Part shown: positions 17,989-26,060 of the stretch, in pieces
Position numbering within the stretch: position 1 is the stretch's first letter
Layout: every line of letters starts with the position of its first letter
NCBI GenBank assembly: GCA_951812755.1
Contig: OX638329.1
Coordinates: forward strand, 6,003,107-6,067,106
DNA: 64,000 nucleotides
Direction of reading: 5' to 3'
From: an uncultured Latescibacterota bacterium
GTDB lineage: Bacteria > Latescibacterota > UBA2968
The notes under the pieces: generated by a model
Told to the model about the DNA's origin: nothing
Database searches by the model: none
The model's input: the letters and a program-made list of their open reading frames with translations, nothing else
Program-made: the position numbers and the translations under genes

Positions 17989-20900
17989 ATCAGGAAGGAT
18001 TACCCGACTACTGGGGTATTGAAACTGGGGAAGTATCTCGTTCCACGATCTTTTCACTTCTATCAGGAAGGATTACCCGACTACTGGGGTATTGAAACAT
18101 AAGCGTCTTTGACAGCTTATGCTGAAAATCGCGTCTCTTGATCAGGAAGGATTACCCGACTACTGGGGTATTGAAACTTGAACACGCAGTAGCCAACGCC
18201 AATGGTGAGCAAGGTATCAGGAAGGATTACCCGACTACTGGGGTATTGAAACTTCCAAAGACTGTCTGTTATGAGGTCGCTTTCCTCTCGCATCAGGAAG
18301 GATTACCCGACTACTGGGGTATTGAAACCATTGCCACCATTATCAACACTTCCTGTCAATTGCACCTATCAGGAAGGATTACCCGACTACTGGGGTATTG
18401 AAACCTGTAAACACACCCATATAATCCAAGATGTGTCTATATTCAATCAGGAAGGATTACCCGACTACTGGGGTATTGAAACTACTCGAAAGAACTGGAT
18501 ATTATCACCGAAAATTGCCACCTATCAGGAAGGATTACCCGACTACTGGGGTATTGAAACTTGAAGTCCCAATACAACACCTTCGAGAAAAGAGATAGAT
18601 CAGGAAGGATTACCCGACTACTGGGGTATTGAAACTTGAATAGCCTAATTCTAGACGACTCTGCAAAGTTTGGTAATCAGGAAGGATTACCCGACTACTG
18701 GGGTATTGAAACGTTCTTGCATCTTACGTAGAGCTTTATCCTGCTCAACAATCAGGAAGGATTACCCGACTACTGGGGTATTGAAACTTTTTCAACTCCG
18801 CTTCAATTTCTTTGCGGATTTTCGATCAGGAAGGATTACCCGACTACTGGGGTATTGAAACTCAATATGTGCGCTTAATACTAAAACATCCGTTCCGTTA
18901 TCAGGAAGGATTACCCGACTACTGGGGTATTGAAACTTACGTGCAGCGCGCTTCTTCATAATAGCCATGGTAACACCTCCATCAGGAAGGATTACCCGAC
19001 TACTGGGGTATTGAAACTTTCTGATATAGCTTCCACCACCATACGCAACTTTTTTTATCAGGAAGGATTACCCGACTACTGGGGTATTGAAACGATTTGA
19101 CCACGACAATAGCAGTTATTGCCTTGGAGAGCAGATCAGGAAGGATTACCCGACTACTGGGGTATTGAAACCTGTCGGGCGGTGCGTTCATCAACCGCGA
19201 TCATCGGGATATCAGGAAGGATTACCCGACTACTGGGGTATTGAAACTAATCGAATTCTTCGTATAGATGTTCGGCATGGGTGAAAAATCAGGAAGGATT
19301 ACCCGACTACTGGGGTATTGAAACTAACGTCTGCTCTACACCAACAAACCAACTTCTTACCAGCAAATCAGGAAGGATTACCCGACTACTGGGGTATTGA
19401 AACCATTCAGCCACTGCACGGAATGGCGGGATCTTCCGGGCCTATCAGGAAGGATTACCCGACTACTGGGGTATTGAAACTTTTCCGTAAGGGTTGTTGT
19501 CTTTTATCCACATGTGTCAATATCAGGAAGGATTACCCGACTACTGGGGTATTGAAACCTGTCGGGCGGTGCGTTCATCAACCGCGATCATCGGGATATC
19601 AGGAAGGATTACCCGACTACTGGGGTATTGAAACTTCTTGGATTTCTCCGTTATCCCATCTCCATAAAAATCAGGAAGGATTACCCGACTACTGGGGTAT
19701 TGAAACGAAGATTGTGGTCAGTTGTGGGAAGACAGTATTGATCAGGAAGGATTACCCGACTACTGGGGTATTGAAACCAATGATGGGTTCGGCAGAAAGG
19801 GCGACCATCTTGAGAGAATCAGGAAGGATTACCCGACTACTGGGGTATTGAAACCTGTCCATATCAGCGCAAGCATGGAGGACTCGAAAATTAATCAGGA
19901 AGGATTACCCGACTGCTGGGGTATTGAAACTTGAGCATTGCACGAACGTGAGCACCAATACGAACATTTGATCAGGAAGGATTACCCGACTACTGGGGTA
20001 TTGAAACTTGACAGCCTCGCGCCGAGTTGGTTCGAAATTCTCCGCGTGAATCAGGAAGGATTACCCGACTACTGGGGTATTGAAACCTCTATCCCAGTGC
20101 CGTCAATCCATTCCAGACCTATTCATCAGGAAGGATTACCCGACTACTGGGGTATTGAAACTTTCGGCATGTTGTCACCTTCGGGGTAATCCTGAAAGCT
20201 GATCAGGAAGGATTACCCGACTACTGGGGTATTGAAACTTGGTACGTTTTGCATAAGCCCGTCATAATACAAGTATTTATTAGGAAGGATTACCCGACTA
20301 CTGGGGTATTGAAACTGTTCGGTTTGTTCGTCTTGTTCGTCCAATATGTCAAAAAATCAGGAAGGATTACCCGACTACTGGGGTATTGAAACTTTCGCCA
20401 AAACGTATCTTTGTACTGTCATTTTCAAATCAGGAAGGATTACCCGACTACTGGGGTATTGAAACTATACAACGTCGTGGTCAATCGCCCAGACCTTTAT
20501 CTGTCCATATCAGGAAGGATTACCCGACTACTGGGGTATTGAAACTTAAACTCTGCCAGTAAAAAACCAGATCGGCTACGCGAAATCAGGAAGGATTACC
20601 CGACTACTGGGGTATTGAAACTTCTTACATAAAGGATCATTACAACCTCCAAAATTATGCCCATCAGGAAGGATTACCCGACTACTGGGGTATTGAAACC
20701 ATTTTCTGGTGACGATGTATATATCTCGATATACGGAAATCAGGAAGGATTACCCGACTACTGGGGTATTGAAACTTATCCGTCTGCTTGATAATTTTCC
20801 CTTTTGAAACGAAGGATCAGGAAGGATTACCCGACTACTGGGGTATTGAAACTTCGATCATCTCACTCGCCTCTGTAGATGTCAAAACCAATCAGGAAGG

Positions 20901-21909
20901 ATTACCCGACTACTGGGGTATTGAAACTCGCAAATATCGATATGGTGAATATCCGTCAGATAATCAGGAAGGATTACCCGACTACTGGGGTATTGAAACA
21001 GATAGATTGTGGTGCTACTCGCCTACCTATGTTGACTGGATCAGGAAGGATTACCCGACTACTGGGGTATTGAAACTTGTGAGTTTTGGAGTCAAAGGCT
21101 TCCACATCCACAAACATCAGGAAGGATTACCCGACTACTGGGGTATTGAAACCATTCGTTCCGCTAAACATACTGATGAGGTTACATATCAGGAAGGATT
21201 ACCCGACTACTGGGGTATTGAAACTTATTGCCCTGACCAACAGCATCTTCATGAGCAACCATCAGGAAGGATTACCCGACTACTGGGGTATTGAAACGAG
21301 ATAAAGCCGTCTCCTGCGCCATTATTCCAAAACAATCAGGAAGGATTACCCGACTACTGGGGTATTGAAACCTCAAATGCAAGGTCAAAATCATAATATG
21401 CGTCATCAATATCAAATCAGGAAGGATTACCCGACTACTGGGGTATTGAAACTTCTTACTCGCTACCCAACCCCACAACTCTTCACTAAATCAGGAAGGA
21501 TTACCCGACTACTGGGGTATTGAGACTGGTTAGGCGACGGAGAGAAAAGAGCAAAGGAATCAGCATCAGGAAGGATTACCCGACTACTGGGGTATTGAGA
21601 CGTTTCGGGCATTTCGCGTTCAATCTCAAACTCCACTTTATCAGGAAGGATTACCCGACTACTGGGGTATTGAGACACAAATGACAAGTAACCCACCATA
21701 AAACCAACTAACGAAAATCAGGAAGGATTACCCGACTACTGGGGTATTGAAACTTCAACTGCATCAATTCTTTTGTGAGATGTCCCAAAACGACGCTCAT
21801 CAGGAAGGATTACCCGACTACTGGGGTATTGAAACATATCTCCGGAAATCTTCTTGGAGCAGATAGAACCGGTATCAGGAAGGATTACCCGACTACTGGG
21901 GTATTGAAC
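17989..21909 (+). CRISPR. CRISPR array with 52 repeats of 37 nt (ATCAGGAAGGATTACCCGACTACTGGGGTATTGAAAC) and 51 spacers of 34-45 nt
   Basis: Repeats counted by hand (periods 71-82 nt). Variants: 19894 (A>G), 20279 (C>T), 21490/21565/21640 (ATTGAGAC). The terminal repeat at 21874-21909 lacks one A. Confidence 0.97.
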
Positions 21910-22186
21910 AGGCCATTTTTGTGGTTGTACTTGTATTGTAGCCGGAGACTCTCTATCTTTTGAACACATCGTGACGAGTGGAAAACCGCTCTGATCCATC
22001 TGCTAATACTAATCAGATATAGCAATCTTGCATCAGGTTCTCGAAACTGGGTAATCGCGGCAGGGATGCCGCTCCCACAGTAAGCGAGTTGTAGGAGGGA
22101 AATCCTTTTCCCGACTCTGCGACAGCTTGAGCAGGCAACAGACCATGCATAGTTAATTCTTACGATTGGTATAAGCTATCAAGGAG

Positions 22187-22456
22187 ATGCCAATGAACGA
22201 GCTAATATTAAGCGGATTTGACAAAGAATTAACCGATAGAATCCGGCATTTCGCAAACCAGGAGGGTATTTCGCTGAATCAAGCCGCGCTGAGACTTCTG
22301 CGCGTTGGAGCCGATCTCAAGCAATCAAAGGATAGCGGAGACACAGTTGGATCTTCCCTGGACCATCTAATTGGAACCTGGACGCTTGAGGAAGCCGAGG
22401 AATTGAATAATGCTGTGAAAGAATTTGAACAAATTGACGAGTCTATGTGGAAATGA
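22187..22456 (+). CDS. vapB: Ribbon-helix-helix antitoxin (VapB-like)
   Basis: 89 aa. ELTDRIRHFANQEGISLNQAALRLL RHH-like N-terminus. Stop overlaps the start of the PIN gene (ATGA). Confidence 0.65.
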   Translation: MPMNELILSGFDKELTDRIRHFANQEGISLNQAALRLLRVGADLKQSKDSGDTVGSSLDHLIGTWTLEEAEELNNAVKEFEQIDESMWK

Positions 22457-22761
22457 AGATTCTCCTTGACACCAATGCGTATTCACATCTGAAGCGAGGG
22501 CATCGCAGGGTTGCGGAGTTGGTACGCATGTCCGAGGAAATTTTCCTGTCGGCCATTATCATTGGCGAGTTGCTCTACGGCTTTCGGCAAGGCTCTCGCA
22601 TTGACCGTAATATTGAAGAACTTAAAGCCTTCCTCAACAACCCCTATGTCACATTTGTACCTATAAGTTTCACAACAGCCGAACATTACGCGCAGATTGC
22701 AATGTCGTTGAGAACCAAAGGGCGTCCCATCCCGTCGAACGACATTTGGGGGATTATGTAG
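22453..22761 (+). CDS. vapC: PIN-domain VapC toxin, apparently 3'-truncated
   Basis: MKILLDTNAY ... IIGELLYG ... PIPSNDIWGIM-stop. It ends where full-length VapCs continue (NDxWIAA...), so the last roughly 30 aa, including the final acidic residue, are missing. Confidence 0.65.
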   Translation: MKILLDTNAYSHLKRGHRRVAELVRMSEEIFLSAIIIGELLYGFRQGSRIDRNIEELKAFLNNPYVTFVPISFTTAEHYAQIAMSLRTKGRPIPSNDIWGIM

Positions 22762-22795
22762 GATAGTGACCAAAAGCAAAGCAAATTGGCACAAT

Positions 22796-22828
22796 AAAAA
22801 GAGCGTAGATTTAATCTACGCTCTTTTG
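22796..22828. terminator. Bidirectional intrinsic terminator
   Basis: AAAAA-AGAGCGTAGAT-TTA-ATCTACGCTCT-TTTTG. An 11-bp stem between convergent genes. Confidence 0.65.
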
Positions 22829-22842
22829 TCATGGCGTTCAAG

Positions 22843-23232
22843 TTATTCCATAAAGCCGCCACGCCTATGTCGGTGCTCTTTTAGCTCTTTGCCCAACCTT
22901 AAGATTTCATCTTGGTGAGCTTTCAGTATCTGCAAAACATCATACCAATTTGGTAAAATTTCTCCCTCCTTTAGGCCGGAATCAGGATTGTTCCTTCCTT
23001 CTCCTTTGCTATAAATCTCTCTTGAAGGGGCTCCCTGACCAAAGTTATCGGGCCATCCCTCCAGCCCCATCCAAGGATGAGTGAAGGCCATATACTTGCG
23101 GGTAGAATCCCTTGGGTCTTCAACTTCTATGTTTTCAGTGTCTGGATTGCCAGATTGCACAGATACTGGGATCAACTTACCACACTTCCAGATAGCGATT
23201 TCACCATCTTTCTTTTTTTCTTTTGTATCCAT
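22843..23232 (-). CDS. Hypothetical protein (129 aa), last gene of a small minus-strand operon
   Basis: AGGGGG RBS 12 nt before ATG 23232. No motif recognised. Confidence 0.5.
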   Translation of the reverse strand: MDTKEKKKDGEIAIWKCGKLIPVSVQSGNPDTENIEVEDPRDSTRKYMAFTHPWMGLEGWPDNFGQGAPSREIYSKGEGRNNPDSGLKEGEILPNWYDVLQILKAHQDEILRLGKELKEHRHRRGGFME

Positions 23233-23258
23233 ATCTATATCTGCCCCCTTGCAAAGGT

Positions 23259-23510
23259 TTATGGTTTTAAGGTTTCCGCAAGCATTGCGATCACCTTCAT
23301 AAGCTCTGTTGTTGTCTTTGTGTTTGCTGTGTAGAGAGCTGCGGCTATCATCAGTAAGCCTGATATAGCACCACATAGAACCCAAATCTGCACTGTTTTG
23401 AGATCTGCCTTGGTTGCCCTATGATCTAGTTCGCTTTCTAATTTACGTAGGCGTCCCTCAACGTTTGCCCTGAAATCACCAAAAGATGCTTCTATTTCTC
23501 TTTGGGCCAC
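23259..23510 (-). CDS. Small coiled-coil protein with one C-terminal TM helix (83 aa)
   Basis: GTG start with an AAGGAGAG RBS. RLRKLESELD coiled-coil-like segment, then IWVLCGAISGLLMIAAALY. Confidence 0.55.
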   Translation of the reverse strand: MAQREIEASFGDFRANVEGRLRKLESELDHRATKADLKTVQIWVLCGAISGLLMIAAALYTANTKTTTELMKVIAMLAETLKP

Positions 23511-23520
23511 AGTTCTCTCC

Positions 23521-23811
23521 TTATACTGTCATCTTAACATCTGAAATCCATTGCCACAATTCTTTGTAATTGCGACCTGCATAACTACTATTTAATTTTA
23601 CAACAATACCGAGAAAGTTGTCAGGAGCATCTTCACTTGTCATTTTTATGCGTTCAGATATAGATGCCGGAGTAACAGCATTATCGGGAGAAGAGCTGCT
23701 TGCGATCAAAATGCAACTATCCGATAGCCGATAATTTTTTGGATAGATACCTTCGATCCTCGAACAAGCACCTTTATCTTCTTTATTAAGCACAACAGCA
23801 AATACTTCCAT
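23521..23811 (-). CDS. Hypothetical protein (96 aa), first gene of the operon
   Basis: AGGAGG RBS 5 nt before the ATG. Upstream on the minus strand is TTGACT-18 nt-TTATAT at about 23855-23895. Confidence 0.5.
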   Translation of the reverse strand: MEVFAVVLNKEDKGACSRIEGIYPKNYRLSDSCILIASSSSPDNAVTPASISERIKMTSEDAPDNFLGIVVKLNSSYAGRNYKELWQWISDVKMTV

Positions 23812-23995
23812 TTCATCCTCCTTTCATAGCGCGTAGTGCTATGCTTATCCAAGGCAACGCTCTATAGATATATAACGAAACTCCTTTTCAAAAAGTCAAA
23901 CGGTTTTTTGGGGGAGGGATTATTTGCGACAGCATCTAAAATTTGAAATAATTTTTTCTTTGCGGCAATAGCAAGTATGATTATATTGCTTTTGT

Positions 23996-24253
23996 TCATC
24001 ATTAGGCAAACACCCGCAGGTCGGGTGGCCTACCGAATACAAGAGCCTATCACAAAAGCGGGGGTCGCTCCCTTGCTTGGGCGAATAGGAAGGACCTTCC
24101 GTAGATGTGTTTGCGTAATGGTGAACTCCGCCCGGCACCTTTTATCAGTGCCGACAGGGGCAAACCATTAGCACCCTTACTCTTCTTCTTCCTGAAATAC
24201 CCTTAAGCCCTGGCGGACAAGCTGAAAATAGTTTGAGTCGTCAGGGCTTTTTT
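23996..24253 (+). ncRNA. Candidate structured non-coding RNA (about 260 nt) of unknown class
   Basis: No convincing ORF. Nested hairpins: CACCCG/CGGGTG, and TAATGGT...ACCATTA enclosing CGGCAC/GTGCCG. Weak promoter TTGCGG-16 nt-TATATT at 23960-23988. Ends at a strong terminator. Confidence 0.25.
24207..24253 (+). terminator. Intrinsic terminator
   Basis: GCCCTG...CAGGGC long hairpin followed by TTTTTTATTT. Confidence 0.6.
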
Positions 24254-24338
24254 ATTTATGCTCGGTGCTGAGGGATCAACTCGGCACCGAGCGATTTGCC
24301 CACACTTCACCGTTGTTCTTAACACAGGAGGTAGAAGT

Positions 24339-24671
24339 ATGAAGCAAAGAGATAGTGATTTTTTGCGTTGGGCTGATGAGGCCAATGATTACTTAGATGC
24401 AGGGGCGCAGTCTGTGGAAAATCTGGAGCGGCTTTTCCGTGCAGCCGATAAGCTCATGAAAAATGAATCTTTCCAGCGCCTGTGCCAAGAGATCAAGAGA
24501 CTTTTCTTAGAAGCTCTGGATCGCTTAATGTCTGTTCTCGGGAGACTGGGAAGAAAAGTCGGGGAGCTTATCGAGAGTATGGATGCACAAAGCCCCCCTG
24601 GACTTTTCGGCAAAAAGGACGACCTCTTGCACAATGCTACGCTGTGCAGCATGCTAGCCATACAGGCTTAA
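24339..24671 (+). CDS. Hypothetical helical protein (110 aa)
   Basis: AGGAGG RBS, ATG 24339. A 12-bp-stem hairpin (CCGGAGGCTTAT...ATAAGCCTCCGG) lies at 24722-24752 downstream. Confidence 0.5.
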   Translation: MKQRDSDFLRWADEANDYLDAGAQSVENLERLFRAADKLMKNESFQRLCQEIKRLFLEALDRLMSVLGRLGRKVGELIESMDAQSPPGLFGKKDDLLHNATLCSMLAIQA

Positions 24672-24938
24672 TTGTCCTTATGGTATTGTGCCAGAAAAAA
24701 GGAGAATACGCACAAAGAAATACCGGAGGCTTATGAGCAAGATAAGCCTCCGGCAGTTGGCGAACACGAAGCCAGATGTAAGCTATACATTTTGACCGCC
24801 GTATCCACCGAGTATGAATATCAGAAGGGTAAAAATAAAAAATTACTCGCCCTGTGTCAAGCGAGCGAGTAATTACAATACTTTACACTACTTTGCCCAA
24901 GGCGGGTGCGGCGGTCTTATCAACGAAGGAAATAAAAT

Positions 24939-25448
24939 ATGAACACAGAAAGATACAAAGATCCTAAGAAGTACACAGAATCCGGCCTATGGAAGAAGTT
25001 GGCCAAATATGCCATTGATGCAGGCTCCGAGGTGGTGAAGATGGTCTTGGAGCTTTACTATACCTCGAAGGCTAAAGGAACGCCTATGCCGATAAAGACT
25101 GTTATTTGGGGTGCGTTGGCATACTTTATTGTGCCCATTGATTTGGTCCCTGATTTTTCCCCTGGGGGATATGTTGATGATGGAGGGGTTTTGGCAGGGG
25201 CCTTAGCTGCGGCCAAGGCATATATGACAGTAGAAACAGCGGGGCAGGCAAAGAACAAGCTTTCTCAACTGTTTGGCTCCTTTAGCAGGGGTAAGTCGGG
25301 CAGTATTAGCAGGGCAGGTAGTAGTGGGGGCCGTGGCGTAAATTCCGGGGGTGTGGGAATGCTGAGGCTGGGACTAGGGAAGGCCGACGGAAGCAAATAC
25401 AATGCGAAAAATTACAGAGAATTCAGGAGCGAAAAGAGAGGAGGGTGA
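24939..25448 (+). CDS. DUF1232 (YkvA-like) membrane protein
   Basis: ALAYFIVPIDLVPDFSPGGYVDDGGV matches the DUF1232 PxDxxPDxxPxxGxxDD signature. Confidence 0.7.
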   Translation: MNTERYKDPKKYTESGLWKKLAKYAIDAGSEVVKMVLELYYTSKAKGTPMPIKTVIWGALAYFIVPIDLVPDFSPGGYVDDGGVLAGALAAAKAYMTVETAGQAKNKLSQLFGSFSRGKSGSISRAGSSGGRGVNSGGVGMLRLGLGKADGSKYNAKNYREFRSEKRGG

Positions 25449-25557
25449 GCATGGCAAAAAATATCTGGAGATCTAAACTTAGAGCAATAACAAAGGTGTC
25501 AGCAGAGAGGGTGATTGTGCTCTTCATATTCCTTGTAAAAGCCGGGCTACGTTTACC

Positions 25558-25689
25558 TAGTGCATCGTGGCGTAAGTAATGCCCCATATAGAAGTGAACA
25601 GCAAAACCGTCTGGATTGCGGCTTTAAGCGTGCCGCAATGACAATCGCAAGTAAAATTGATATGACCAGATTCTTTTGCCGAGATGCAC
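25558..25689 (+). repeat. Dispersed repeat family A unit (about 110-130 bp, core GGATTGCGGCnnAAnnnnTGCCGCAATGAC hairpin)
   Basis: Near-identical units at 27678-27919 (two tandem). Core-only copies at 25819-25861, 29256-29296, 39631 and 39739. Confidence 0.7.
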
Positions 25690-25926
25690 TACCCGACTAC
25701 TGGATCCGCAGATGACGCAGATGAACGCAGATAAAAAATCTTGACAAGCGCATCAGAGAGGATTACCCGACTACTGGGGTATTGGAATGTCTGCTCGTCT
25801 ATGGTGCCACAATAACGAGCAAAACCTTCTGGATCGCGGCTAAAAGCCTGCCGCGATGACAGGCGGGACGACCTGGACAGCTTGCTGATGAGCATAGGGA
25901 TTATCCGCTTACTGAGGTATTGAAAC
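25690..25926 (+). CRISPR. Decayed CRISPR repeat remnants (same repeat family as the main array)
   Basis: 25690-25703 is a 14-nt core, TACCCGACTACTGG. 25752-25788 has 4 mismatches in 37. 25890-25926 keeps the 3' 29 nt with 4 mismatches while its 5' end is lost. Dispersed-repeat elements sit between them. Confidence 0.7.
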
Positions 25927-25933
25927 TTTTTTC

Positions 25934-25962
25934 TTGACAAGTGAACATTTGAGCACTATTTT
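25934..25962 (+). promoter_or_regulatory. Sigma70-like promoter candidate for the TPR-primase gene
   Basis: TTGACA-17 nt-TATTTT immediately after the last decayed repeat. Confidence 0.35.
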
Positions 25963-26060
25963 TTGACCTAAAAATTAAAATTGCTAAAAAGAGTAACGTA
26001 AGCCACAGGTGCCCCCCGCATGTGGTTATATTTTTCTCAAAAAAAGAAAGGAATCTCCCC

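Noticed and set aside
18138-21999. Many ORFs on both strands with recurring peptides (QEGLPDYWGIET, IRKDYPTTGVLK, QYPSSRVILPD)
   Set aside because: They are translations of the CRISPR repeat in different frames, not genes.
22040-22075. ATCAGGTTCTCGAAAC just downstream of the array as a further degenerate repeat
   Set aside because: Only the ends resemble the repeat and the 20-nt core is missing, so it is not distinguishable from chance.
24120-24185. CAGGGGCAAACCATT resembles the 5' conserved part of the c-di-GMP-I (GEMM) riboswitch
   Set aside because: The following sequence cannot form the two GEMM hairpins or the tetraloop/receptor pair. It is probably a coincidence. The region is kept only as an unclassified ncRNA candidate.
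25451-25579. 42-codon ORF (MAKNIWRSKLRAITKV...) overlapping the DUF1232 stop codon
   Set aside because: Its 3' end runs into a dispersed-repeat unit and it has no recognisable features. It is too weak to call.
26022-26060. Upstream GTG start given by the ORF track for the TPR-primase gene
   Set aside because: ATG 26061 has an AAAGGAA RBS and follows the candidate promoter. The GTG extension adds only a hydrophobic, lysine-rich peptide.
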